Assembly (NCBI GenBank): GCA_030264375.1
Contig: JASCQW010000162.1
Span: 23,718,854-23,776,462, forward strand
DNA length: 57,609 nucleotides
Direction of reading: 5' to 3'
DNA from: Carcharhinus longimanus
Taxonomy: Eukaryota
The notes under the pieces are model-generated. The model made no database searches, had not been told where the DNA came from, and saw nothing but the letters and a program-made list of their open reading frames with translations. The translations under genes were made by a program, and so were the position numbers. Shown in pieces: positions 10,787 through 22,633 of this stretch. Positions within the stretch are counted from its first letter, which is position 1, and each line of letters begins with the position of its first letter.

Positions 10787-13637
10787 GTAAGAAAAGGTTG
10801 ATATTTAAGAAAAAACATACTTCTATTTATTGTAAACCCTTTGATAACCTATATTTAGCGCTGAAAACAGTATTCTATAGCTGGCACAGATCCAAGTATG
10901 GATTTGAAAGACACTCAAATAAGAAATCAGTACATGATAACCACCAACACAGCTTCATTAGCAGCATCTGACGAGGCCAGTGAAGTGAATATGTGCGTAT
11001 GTTCATACGTATCATGACATAACATAAAAATATCTTTCAGTCATTCTCAGAGCAGTTTCCATAAGTTCAATAAGAATGTTTGCCTTAATGGTCTTCTTCC
11101 AAGAGGAGTTCAGCCAGGATTGTGTGCATTGATTTTTTCGTTGAGCCTATGACAATTTTGCTGTTATGTTTGATGACTGACTGTGTCATCCTATTAACCT
11201 CTAGAATGCATCCTGCAGATGCATTTCAGTGCTGACTGCCTTTAGGGACTCTATTTGTGTTGGCACACAACCTTGGCTTAAATGTTGATGCTCCAGAGCT
11301 ACTAAAAGCCCACTTTACAGTGCAGCTGTGGACACTTGCAGGTGTTTGAGTTGAAGTATGTAATGGAAGGAAGACTTCAATTTCTGAATCTGTTAAAGCC
11401 ATATAATTGTGACTCATCTTTATTGGTGTAGGGTGTGATTTTAGGTTGGAGCAGGACTCTTCCTTCAGGGCCTGCTGAACTATTTATTTTATCAATGATG
11501 TTTCACAGCTGTGCTGATAGTTGAATGAAACACCTGTAAAACAGGTATTGCTGATCGGGTTATTATATTATTTTCATCCAAAGCTGGTGCCACAAAAGAC
11601 ATGGACTCGAAAGATGTATATACATCCTGTATAAAAAAGCTAAATAAAACTTCAGAGGGGTGCAGTATTCCAATAAGATGGTATCTCTGCACAATACCAC
11701 AGAGCAAGTTCATATGGAAGTATTGATCACAAATAAGGCATCTCCTTGCAAATGGGAGAAAGTATCTACAGAAGTATCTTCATTCACCTGCACGTTTGCT
11801 ATCTATATTAGTATTAACATTGTCGGAGCCATTAATTGATCTGCCGACTCTGATAGAATGCAGGCAGTTGGAAACGTTATCAAAAATGAAAACATAGCAA
11901 TGTTTCAAGAAAGTTCTTCCAATTTTGTTTCAAATTAAAATGAGATTTTTTTCAGGAGCATGGAAACTGAGACTGTCATCCATGTGGTACAAAACTTTTA
12001 GTGTAAAATCATCCATGGTGTAAATACATGGATTGTAACTACGGTTGATTCTGTCTTGTCGAAATCCCTCCTTCGCCATTGTGTATTGTTATACAACATG
12101 TATTTGGCGTTTTGAACTTAACTCCTGAAGGGCAATCTCTGGCCAAACTGGCAATATTGAAATTTAAAATATTAGCTTTAATTGATGTAATGCTGCAGCA
12201 GGCTTTCTTGATTTTTCTGAATTTAAATCTATTAGGAGCATTCCTCATCTGGAAAAGCTTTGTTTTTTAAAAAATAATTCAAAGTGTACATAAACCGAGA
12301 GGATTATGTTGAATCTGGCATGTCTAGTTGGCCAGGATTTCTGCTCCACCGCATTCATCTGATAATCCCAAAGGTTGATAAGAGAAGAGAAAAGCTTATT
12401 TTTTGGGGGGTAGTTTATTTTCACAAGATTATTGGTCTTCAGTGAAATAATTGCACAAAACACGTTCTAATTTCAAACATCAGGTCTACAGCTGGTCTCA
12501 TTGCAAAACAACAAAAGGTGACTCATGATCATGCAAGGGACTTGAGCTCTTTTTACTGTATGCGTGGAGTTTGATGGTGTAGTTTTGATGCAGTGATGGG
12601 TGATGATGTTGCCAAAGCACAAAATGTTGCAAGAATATGAAGTTTTGAGTTCACTTTTTTAATTATCTAGCCAAAGTAAATGAACCAGTAAAAAGCTTCA
12701 AGTGTCAGGATATTTACAGATTTTATATTGTCCCAACATGGTATTAGCACGTTTCTTGAATCAACAATTATGCGACTGGATAAAGGACTCAGAATAGCAC
12801 TATAAGCATTGCGAGCCTGTTTTCAGTTACTGAACTGGAATCCAAACTAAACAGGCACAAATAACATTGAAGAAATTCGCCATTCTAGGACAATGGCTGT
12901 TATAGAGTTCGAAACGTAAACAGTGTATTTTTCTGTTTTAATAAGCTCTGATTGAATTGGTGTTGCTGCTGTGTACAATGGAATGGCCTCTTTTCTTTTT
13001 TGCTCCCTCCAACCAAGTCATTAATGAAGCATAGTAATTTTCCCAGTGAGCTAGGCAGTACTTAGCACGGGGTGATACTGCAGTCTGTGTGTTTGTCCGT
13101 GTTTGAGTGTATGGTATACAGTCACACAGATGCTTTGCAAAGGATAGAGCCAGTCAAAGAAATGCACATGAGCTGAAAGATTTTGATACAGATAATTGAA
13201 GTGTGGTCGGCAATAAATATACAATGAATTATCACAAAAAAGAGAGAATCAGACCTATTGAGGAATCGACAGATTATGACATAGGAATGTGTAGTGAGAG
13301 AAGCTATGTTGTGTGTGAGAGCGACAAAAGGATGGATCGACAGAGGGCGTGATCATGTGTTTTTAATGCAGCATCTCTAAACCAGTAAAGCAGAAGCTGA
13401 ATGGTTTAAAAGCAGCTGATGCAGCCTGAGAGATTGTGCTTGTGGGAGAAGGACACACGTATGCAGTGTGTGTTTGTATCGCTGTGTCAGTAAATGTTGT
13501 GCAAAACATTTGGGGACTTAAATTGCAGCACAGAGGAAGCGATCCAAAGCAGGGGAAGGAAGAGATAGAGGACAGCAATTAGAAAGTGAGGAATGCATTT
13601 TTTAATGCTGCATCCTTGAAAATAGCTACCTTTTCTC

Positions 13638-13721
13638 ATGTCATTGCGGAGAACTGAAATTAATCACCCAGATATGAACGACCAGTCAGAATACCAGCGG
13701 CTATCAAGTGAGGAAGAAGAG
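13638..13721 (+). CDS. Candidate alternative first coding exon, MSLRRTEINHPDMNDQSEYQRLSSEEEE
   Basis: ATG-initiated, protein-like 28 codons with 3 CpGs, ending at donor GAG|GTAAAC (phase 0), after which composition turns intronic. No acceptor directly upstream; preceded by about 600 nt of repeat-free UTR/promoter-like sequence. Confidence 0.55.
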
Positions 13722-13969
13722 GTAAACCTGTGTATTATAAATGCATTTTACAACCTTGCAAAAAGAACGTTTTTTTTTAATGAAACATCTTCAGCAATGT
13801 GGGACTACATTGATTGTCTTTTATGCTTTGGAAATATTCTAGTCCCAGCTCATTGGGATGAGATGCTACAATTTAACAAAAGACTAAAAATTGAATTGAA
13901 AATTCAGTTTGAAAATGTTGTTATTACATTTTTGCACTAGAAAATTCTTAAACCTTTATGAGATGGATG

Positions 13970-14325
13970 GTTGTTGGAAAAGTCAGCATTCATTGCCCTT
14001 CCCTAGTTGCTCTTGAGAAGGGGTGGTGAGTGGCCTTCTTGAATACAGCTGAGCAACTTAAGTCATTTCAGAGTGCAATTAAGAGGCAACACTTTGCTGT
14101 GGGTCTGAACATACATATAGGCCAGATTGGGTAAAGATGGCAGATTTCCTTCCCAAAAGAGCATTGGTGAATCAGATGGGGGTTTTATTCTGACAAATCT
14201 GATTGTTTTATGACCATCGTGATGCTGGCTTTTTATTCCAAATTTATTTAATTATTTCTCCAGATCATCAGTCCAAGCCTCCGAATTACTAGCTCAGTAA
14301 CATAACCACTAACCTCTATGCCTCC
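13970..14325 (-). mobile_element. SINE-B copy
   Basis: tcagcattcattgcccttccctagttgctcttgagaaggg...gatggcagatttccttccc...ggtgaatcagatggg...attactagctcagtaacataaccact. Confidence 0.85.
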
Positions 14326-15002
14326 AAGTAAAACAAAAATGCAATTTGTCTTTTATTCAAGGAATATTGCAGTTGAAGATATGTTTGTCTTGTTCTTCAT
14401 GATCCAATAACTTGGCTCTAGCAAATTTTAAATTGGTAGTTTTTTGTGGCTAGTTTATGACAAACACTAACCTTGTACATTAGTTAGATTGGGAGCTTGA
14501 GTTTTGGTTGATTTTTAAAGCATGGATGTACTTTGTCTGACAACATGGCACTTCAAAAGGTTAATGAATTCTGCTGCTGTCTGCAGAAAAGTCCTGAGGG
14601 ACAGATCACGTGAACCAACTTACATTGAGTTTGTTTTGTGATTGATAAATGAGTCACTTTCTTCTACTTTGCACTGATTATTTTCTTATTAAATTAATTA
14701 CGAGGTTCTATTCAGAGCTCACGAGCAGAGTGTGTTGATTTGTTTTGGTTAATTTCTTTTCCCCCATTTAGCTCTTGGGGAGGAATACGTCCTTGTTTAA
14801 TGACTATGATGAGTAAAGATATTTGGTTCCATGAAAAATAAGTAGATGAGTTAAAGGTGTGTGTTGATCAGAAATTATTAGCCTTCTATTTATTTGTTAT
14901 ATTTGAAGTCCAAAGAAGTCAGCATCATGAAAGAGTTAAATTTTTCTAACTGTTTCTCCCACCACCTCCCCACTCCTGCTTCAATTTTAATGATTCCTCC
15001 AG

Positions 15003-15009
15003 GGCAGCA
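15003..15009 (+). CDS. Candidate 7-nt microexon GGCAGCA
   Basis: Branch point CTAAC at 14946-14950, about 65 nt of AG-free pyrimidine-rich tract containing TGC, acceptor ttcctccag and donor GCA|GTAAGC. Confidence 0.45.
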
Positions 15010-16027
15010 GTAAGCCTGTTGCCATAGAAATTGTCACTGCAAATCTAGTTTAATTTAGACACACTGAATTCCATTCAGTGTTCATATAGATAGTCAAATG
15101 AAATTTAAAATAACCCTCAATCTTCATTCCACGATGGAAATGCTGGAAAATAATATATTTATTTGTTCAGTATTTTATCAGAACGTGATTATCAAGATTT
15201 ATTAGCAGTGATTGGCTTGATTGGAAGAAACCAGTTTGTAGTGAAATTGTTCTGTTCCTCTGATCTAATAGCCTAGGAATGAGTGAAATTGAATTGGAAC
15301 AGTAATTGTTCATTGCAGCGTTGACAGAATGCACTCACCTCAATATTGGGCAAAGCAGNNNNNNNNNNAGTGATATAATAACTTGTTTGTCGTAACTTAC
15401 ATAGAGATGGTATCCTGTCACCACATTGCATAGCCCCCTTACTCCTCTTGCATATGTTAGAAACTGCAGTGGCCATCGCACTTTGACTGCAATATTATTT
15501 AGTATTGTACAGAAAATAATGCAGTGAGCATAGAAATAACATTAGGATGGTTTTGCGGCTGCCATCTTTCTCCAGGTAGCCATTTAAGATAGACATGAAG
15601 TTGAACAACTTTGCTACAGTTAAGGAGTTGTGATATCAGAAAATATAATTGTAAAAATCTTTGTTTTCTTATGTTTTTTCCTCCTACCTAATTGCCTAGT
15701 TAGCCCATAGGCATAGTCATAAAAATGGTCAATGCCCCAATTTAGTAGCCATGTAAAGGGGCTTGAATGCATAGAAAGATAAGTGATCTTTTTCCAGCTA
15801 AATCAGACATTTTTGTTCCGGGGAAGCTTGGTGTGAATTTCAGTTGGATTGGGATTCAAATAGAATTAATTGTGAACTCACTGGTCCAGTAGGGTAGTCA
15901 CAGGACTGTTTTCCTGTCCCCCTTCTCCTCCCCTGCTGTGAATTACTGAGAAATCAATGTATTTTTTTTGCACTGTTCCAAGAAAGAGGAATTGAAGATG
16001 GCAAGATTCTAGTAGATTTATTTGACT

Positions 16028-16375
16028 TTTTAAAATTCATCTACAAGATGTGAATATCGCTAGTTGGGCCAGCATTTGTTGCCCATCCTTAATTAATCTT
16101 GAAGTGAGTGGTGGCCATTCCAGAGGGAATTTAAGAGTCGGGTCACTTGTAGAACCCCAGACTAGGTAAGGCCCCAGTCTGACTTCCTTCCCTAAAAAGG
16201 ACATTAGTGAACTATGTGGGTTCTTACAACAATTGACAGTGGTTCCATGGTCATCATTAGAAGTTTTTAGTTCAAGATTTTTATTGAACTCAAATTTCAC
16301 CATCTGCCCTGGTTCTCAGAGCATTACTCTCTAGGTTACTAGTCCAGTGACTATACCTCAACCCACCACCTTCTC
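16028..16375 (-). mobile_element. SINE-B copy
   Basis: gatgtgaatatcgctagttgggccagcatttgttgcccatccttaatt...ttccttccctaaaaaggacattagtgaac...ggttactagtccagtgac. Confidence 0.88.
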
Positions 16376-16799
16376 TTAATGTTGACCATTGAGAATCTTG
16401 CATTTGGCATAAATGCTCAGAAGATGAATGCTCTTTAATATTGTAACAACAGTGTTTTGATTTACTATTTAGGTTATTATCGTTATGCAACAACCAAGAT
16501 GCAGCCTGTCAATTTAAAGCAATCCATTTACAGAGCTATCTAGATTATATTCGGAAGCAATCAGTGTTCAAGGGCTTAGATTTTGGGCAGGAGGGTGCAG
16601 TGTATATTTTTCTCTTTTGTGATAACTTTGCTGAGGTGAGATTTTAAATCCCATTAACTAAGTTTAGCACTACACTACAGCTGCCTGTAATAAAGCTACA
16701 GTTGGACTGAAATGCCAAACTGTGCTAGTTTCCTAAGCCTTCACCTGCATGCCTTTTCAGTGAAATAAGGTAAAAAAAATCCGGATACTTGCATGGCAA

Positions 16800-17015
16800 A
16801 GTTACGTGACAACTTTAATGTGGAAACAGGTCACAGTTGTTTTAAAAGGTCAGAAGGAAAACAAGTCCCTAAGTGGAGGAGTGCTGACCAAAAACATGGT
16901 CCTTGAAGTTACTTGTAAGGTGGTTCTTAACAGAGAAGAAGGAAATGAAGAAGCAGAAGGGAATTTAGGAAGGCAATATGAGACCCTGTGAGACAACTGC
17001 TGTCATGGTTTCCCT
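16800..17015 (-). mobile_element. Old L2 LINE 3' end
   Basis: tgaccaaaaacatggtc...ggtggttcttaacagagaagaagg...gggaatttaggaaggcaat resembles the reverse complement of the L2 tails at 41085 and 53600. Confidence 0.45.
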
Positions 17016-17061
17016 CTGCATTGTTATTTGATGAAGCTATTTGTGGCAGCATGTCATAAAG

Positions 17062-17358
17062 GAACTGTACACAGTATTCCAAGTGTGGCCTTACTAATGT
17101 CTTGTACAAGTTCAACAAGATGCCCCAACTCCTGTATTCAGTGTTCTGACCAATGAAACCAAGCATGCTGAATGCCTTCTTCACCACTCTGTCATCTCTG
17201 ACTCCAATTTCAAGGAGCTATGAGCCTGTACATTTCGATCTCTTTGTTCTATAACTCTCCCCAACACCTTACCATTAACTGAGGAGGTACAGCCCCGATT
17301 CGATCTACCAAAATGCATCACTTCATATTTACCTAAATTAAACTGCATCTGCCATTCA
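17062..17358 (-). mobile_element. CR1 LINE ORF2 fragment
   Basis: Minus-strand ORF VKKAFSMLGFIGQNTEYRSWGILLNLYKTLVRPHLEYCVQF. Confidence 0.93.
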
Positions 17359-17399
17359 GGTCAAGGCATTGCCGTGGGGAATGAATAAGGGAATGGCTG

Positions 17400-17915
17400 T
17401 CACTTTTTTAGTTCAGACAGGCACAATATTTGTATATGTTATTTCTGTCTGCAAAGAACAGGGTTTTGTGTATTAATATATATAGCTTCCAGCATGTGTA
17501 CATCTGCCAACTGAACCAATCTGTTAATCTTAAATTGGTTATCAACATAATTTTTGGAATACTTAGGATTGTTTAGCCAAAATGTTGTCCAATTTGTGGA
17601 ATCGCATATAATGTTGAACAGTGTTTTGAAGTTCGCAAAAATAAATTGCTTGCTTATAGTCACTACCTTGCCTGTTGTGCAAAGACATGCTGTTTGATAG
17701 GATTTGCCAGTCTTTGGGACATATGGCCTACCTCATATCACACCAGCACTGAAATTCACATGTCATATTACTCATTTGTATGATAGGCAGAATGACTTTT
17801 TGGCTTGACAGCAACATCCTGTTAGTGGCAAACACTACTCATGTTGCTATTGTGTAGTTTGGTGTTGAACAGTTAGTTTCATGCATTGCTCAAATTCTTT
17901 GAGATACTTAACTGA
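17400..17915 (-). mobile_element. Penelope-like element, GIY-YIG endonuclease end (pseudogene)
   Basis: Minus-strand decayed VVFATNRML.SSQK..LPI.QMSN...EFQC.CD...VG..SQRLA..IKQHV and CDS....LNNP...KNY.DNQFKI....LEAIYINTQNPVLCRQK. Confidence 0.85.
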
Positions 17916-18110
17916 TGTCAGTCATCAGTTAACTGGTGCACTCTGTGTGTTAGCACCTCTACCAATCAAAGTCCAATTGCCAATCGGTCAACACTCTCTT
18001 CTCAAGAAGTATAAATTGTTATTTCCTTTACATTTGCTATTCTTGCGAATGTCCTGATGAGTGCCAGGTGATAAGCTTCACCATGTTTCTATTTTCAACA
18101 ATACACATTT
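17916..18110 (+). mobile_element. Inverted Penelope pseudo-LTR with degenerate hammerhead ribozyme core
   Basis: Three CCAAT motifs, gtataaat at about 18009, then gtcCTGATGAgtgccaggtGATAagcttc (18051-18079). Related copy at 23525-23640. Confidence 0.65.
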
Positions 18111-18255
18111 AANNNNNNNNNNNNNNNNNNNNNNNNNNNNNNNNNNNNNNNNNNNNNNNNNNNNNNNNNNNNNNNNNNNNNNNNNNNNNNNNNNNNNNNN
18201 NNNNNNNNNNNNNNNNNNNNNNNNNNNNNNNNNNNNNNNNNNNAATGGCAATAAT

Positions 18256-18506
18256 GTTTATTTATTAGTCACAGGTAAGGCTTACATTACCACTGCAATG
18301 AAGTTACTGTGAAATTCCCCTAGTCCGGCACCTGTTCCAGTCAATGCACCTAACCAGCATGTCTTTCAAAATGTGGGAGGAAACTGGAGCACCCGGAAGA
18401 AACCCACACAGACACGAGGAAAGTGTGCAAACCCAAGCCAGGAATTGACCCCCAGTCCCTGGTGCTGTGAAGCAACAGTGTTAACCACTGTGCTACCGTG
18501 CTGCCC
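18256..18506 (-). mobile_element. HE1-related SINE with alternative 3' tail
   Basis: HE1 head/core (ggaggaaactggagcacccggaagaaacccac; ccactgtgctaccgtgctgccc) with tail tttattagtcacaggtaaggcttacattaccactgcaatgaagttactgtgaaa; same type as 57240. Confidence 0.9.
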
Positions 18507-18519
18507 TGATTGATATAAC

Positions 18520-18820
18520 TGAGTGGCTTGCTATACAACTTCAGAAGGCAGTTGTTTGGGTCTGATGTCACATGTATGCCAGACTGTTTAAGGATGACAA
18601 ATTTCATCCCCTGAAGAACTTTAGTGAATCTGATGGGTTTTTACAACAATTTGGTTGTTTCATGATCATTATTAATAAGACTGGCATTTTATTCCAGATT
18701 AATTAATGAATTGAATTCAAATTGCCCCAGCTGCCATGGTGGGATTTGAACTGGTGACTCAGGAACATTAATCCAGGCTTTTGGATTACTGTTATAACAT
18801 TACCATTTTTGTACTGTCTC
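18520..18820 (-). mobile_element. SINE-B copy
   Basis: ggatgacaaatttcatcccctgaagaactttagtgaatctgatggg...gctgccatggtgggatttgaac (B-box reverse complement). Confidence 0.85.
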
Positions 18821-19874
18821 CATGTGACCATATAAAATCCCCTCTTTTTCTAAGCAAGCTTGGATGTTATTTGGTGACTCACAGTAGAATTTATGCCCCA
18901 GTTTTTTGACAGTTTTGACCACAATTAAAATACTGAACCAACCTGATAAGTGGGAGATAACTTTCAGTTTCTTTTTCTGATTTGCTCATTGTTTCTGTTG
19001 TAGAAAGTCAGATCAAGAACTGACAAAGTGTTGGCTTCCTTTCAGTTACATATGGCACCCCCTTGCTTGCAACTCAGCAAACATGCAAAACAGAATCCAT
19101 TTCTGGATTTGACATATAGCAGTGAAGGTACCTAACCTCAAACTTTATTTTTTTCTTGTCTACCTCATCCACTGCTATACTCACTCTCTNNNNNNNNNNT
19201 GGCCCTGATACAATTAGAACCATCTTTGGCCTAACCTGCCAATTCCTCCTTACTGCTGCATCTTTTACACGCCATCTTCTAGATCTTGCATTTGCCCTTC
19301 TATTTGCTTCCTATTTGCTTTCTGTTTCTGAGCAAACCTAAGGTCCAGCCTCCCGCTGAATCCCCACCCTATCTTAAATCCATTGTCCTGTTCGAAGATG
19401 GCTTGGACTTTTTCTTACCATTTGCATTCAACCATGTGCTTCTTGACTTGCATGTGATAGATACTATGGTAGGTTTGCAAATAATTGGAAAATATATTTT
19501 GTGTGTTTTGCTGATTTGCTGGGTGGTGAAGTGGGTTTGACACTGGTTTTCAGCTTAGTTCAAATCTGGTCTAAGATGCTTGGATAGTCTTTTCAGACTC
19601 CTGGCTGTTAGGGCTTGATGCAAAATGCTTTTGGAGAATCTATAAGCAGGTCTTGGTAGGCAGAGACACACAGCATACAATTCTTTCTTATTTAGCACCA
19701 ATTCATAATATCAAATGATAGACTTTTGTTCAACACATTAGAAGATTATGTTGCAACCATGCTTAGTTTTTCCAGAATTGATTTGCACAACTCATAAGCC
19801 AAGGTGTGAAAAAATGCTTTCTGATTCAAAATAATTAATCTGCATGCTAAGCATACTTTGTGTTCTCAAATACA

Positions 19875-19957
19875 TCCAGAAAATGCTGGAAAATCTCAGC
19901 AGATCTGACAGCATCGGTGGAGAGCCAACATTTCAAGTCTGGATGACCCTTTGTCAC
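19875..19957 (-). mobile_element. Penelope-like pseudo-LTR fragment
   Basis: gaaaatgctggaaaatctcagcagatctgacagcatc...tttcaagtctggatgaccctttgtca; same family as 3754 and 34454. Confidence 0.75.
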
Positions 19958-20129
19958 TTTGTTTTCTCTTTCCCCATCCATTTTATTGCTTTTCTGCTTC
20001 CCAATCTGTGTTCATTCATAATGGGAGGAAAAGAGAGAGGTATTAATACTGACGGCAGGGGGAGAGTGGGAGTGATACTGAATGCTGATGTACCTTATCC
20101 ACTATTTGTGAGTGAGACTACACTATAGC

Positions 20130-20290
20130 GTTGGCATCCCTGCCCATCTTGATCCTAACTGGCATGTGTGGCTTTCAGCGCTGATGAATATCATATCAGG
20201 AGTTGGAGCAAGAGTTTCATTTCTATTTTCCTTTCCCTGTAAGTGAATAATAAGTCCAGCTGTCTCTACTGGTTTTTCTTGCATTGTCTG
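20130..20290 (-). mobile_element. Ancient SINE-C remnant
   Basis: ggcatccctgcccatcttgatcct...atatcatatcaggagttggagc...tttcctttccct; weak similarity to 8090-8330. Confidence 0.35.
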
Positions 20291-20422
20291 TTGTAACTAC
20301 TGTTCATTTTCGTAAAATGTAAATTTCCAACATTTGGGTGCAACTTAATTTTAGACCCAAGCAACATTCCTTAAATACTAGAATTTATTAAATAATCTAA
20401 ATTAATTCTTCATTTTCAGTTC

Positions 20423-21259
20423 TGTAACAGAAACACTCCTTTGGTACTCTAATATATGTGGTGCAGATACAGTTGTTTGACTGGAGATTGTAACATTTAC
20501 GTTGGATAATGTATCTAGATTGGATACGTCAGGTCCTGCCTGTTGGGAAATATTAATAGGTCACACAAATCTGTTCAAGGGGCAGTGTGAACAGCTGCAT
20601 CAGGGAGATTGGGGTTCAGAGATGGCAGGGCAGGTATCAGCCAAGTGAAGCTGAAATGAACAGTCATTAGCTCCATGAAGCTGGGAGTTGGGACAAAGTA
20701 GAAGTCGTGAGAGCGCTGGAGTCATGCTGGTAACTAGATGCTGGATGTAGCCAGGGTTAGTGGGTTGCAGTTTTGGAAGAAGGGATTAAACAATTAGCAA
20801 CAGCAGTCAGTGGATGGTCTGAGTTGGAGAAGCTTTTGAGGGAAATCAGAAGCTTTATTTTCAAACAACAGGAGCTTAAGTTCCTCGGGAGAAAGAGCTT
20901 TAAATAATTTTTGTGACTTAACAGTATCTGGTTGGGCTTCTGAGAAAACTTGGGGACCTGCCATGTTTGCTATTTAATGTGCAGTTTATGGTGTGTATGA
21001 CCACAGTTTGCCTGTTAATTCATGTCTATGCCATGTTAATTCTAGATGTATGCGTATAAAATAGTGTTGACTGTTTGCTTGGCTGACTTTTTTATAGTAA
21101 AAGTTTTTTTTAGAAACATGGGATCTCATGGCATTATCCTCTTTGTAAGTAACTGTCTACTTTAAAACAAAAGTGACTTGTCCAATGGATCATAATAACA
21201 TTAGGGTTTCTTGTTGGGGTTAGTAATAAAAATTGCAGGTCTGGTTTGGGATGGTAACA
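20423..21259 (+). mobile_element. Possible solo LTR (Gypsy-like)
   Basis: Starts TGTAAC and ends gggatggTAACA; about 840 nt, with an AGTAAA/AATAAA-like signal in the last third. No target-site duplication found. Confidence 0.4.
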
Positions 21260-22627
21260 TATGCTATAGACTGTTAAAGCCACTGTTCATATATAGAGGA
21301 AAGGGTTAACCTGAAGCCAGTCTTATTCTTAATCCAGGTTTATTCACAATGCTGCATAGCACAGGCTCAGATTCCTACTGTCTCCCCCAACCCAATGTGA
21401 ACTGTATTTTGCACACTTGCAATAATTTCCTACTTTTTCCTCAACTGGTGGCAGCTACTCTTAATTACAAACTTAAAGCATGCGCTCCATTGTGGCATCA
21501 ACATGGATATGTTCACTGCTGTGGGTCAGCTTCGTAAATGGAATATTTTGGGAAGAATACAAATTCACTGTTTCAAGCTTGAAGATTGAGCAAATTATGT
21601 TGGGAACCAGGGTAGACTTTGATCTAACAGGAGTCCCTGTGAAGAGCAGAATACTCACTCTTTTTTTAAAAGAAATCTTGTATTTGGGTAATTGCTAGGT
21701 TCCTTTTGTCATGAAAATATTTTTAAAAATTGTGTAAAACAATTTCATTAGGTACCTTGCACGTTTCTAACAATTTGACAGCCTTCCACAGTGCCTTTTT
21801 TTTTAATCTAGTAAATAAATGAAAGCCAAACATTATGGTACTTTACGGAGATATCTGCAGTTTGTCTCCACATGGCCTCAGCATCCTATAGCATATTTTC
21901 ATTATGATTCGGGATACGATGGTTTGACGCCAAGTGTACAAAAGAGATTCGAGGCATTCATTTCAACTTCCTTCACAAACAAAGATCAGAAAAGGGGAAA
22001 TAGTGAGGCCTGTGACATATTTAGAGTATAAACTTATTCTTTGCTGTTTAATGTTCAGAGTTGAAGCATTAATTGGAATATTCTGTGTGGAGTTTAAGAT
22101 TCGCTTGGTTAATATTTTGATTTGAAGTCAAACTGAAGCCTATGACAGCTATGATTTTCATGCTGCAGCCAACACTGTGATTTTGTGTTGTTTGTCTGCG
22201 AGTATTTTTGGAGTGCAATTTTGATGCTATTTTTGATAGTGATTAATTGTATTTGATAGGACAAATATTTACTAGTGATATTCTTTATGACAAATCTTTT
22301 AGTGTTGTTAATCTCTCAAGTTTTGAAGCATTTTTCTCTGAATTTCCACTGAGGGAAAAGCTGCGATTCCAACTATTTTTTTCTCATATTCTTTTATATC
22401 TGGTGCTCATAGCTGTCATGTTCATATTTCTCTTTTGCTTTAATTCATTTGGCTCGGTGTCTATTTCTGTGTGTACACCTGTGTTGGCCTGGCTCCTAAA
22501 TTTTTGCCACTTGTCTCCAAATTCATGATTGATATTTCTATTTAGCTCATTCCTTCCATCCCTGCTATCTCTATCTCTCCCTCTCTCCCTCCTCCTCCTC
22601 CTCGCTTGATTTTCTCTCTGTTTACAG

Positions 22628-22633
22628 TGAAAG
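22628..22633 (+). CDS. Candidate 6-nt microexon TGAAAG (strong acceptor, doubtful GC donor)
   Basis: An 80-nt AG-free, almost pure pyrimidine tract (22546-22625) ends in tttacag. The only nearby donor-like sites are AAG|GCAATG (non-canonical) and a weak ATG|GTTTAT at 22663. Confidence 0.3.

Noticed and set aside
10965-10995. Hammerhead ribozyme at ctgacgaggccagtgaagtgaa
   Set aside because: No helix II pairing and no GAAA.
12484-12517. 34-nt exon ending AAG|GTGACT
   Set aside because: Acceptable donor but a poor pyrimidine tract; not distinguishable from chance.
14800-14875. Box C/D snoRNA
   Set aside because: ATGATGA is present, but there is no properly placed CTGA D box or terminal stem.
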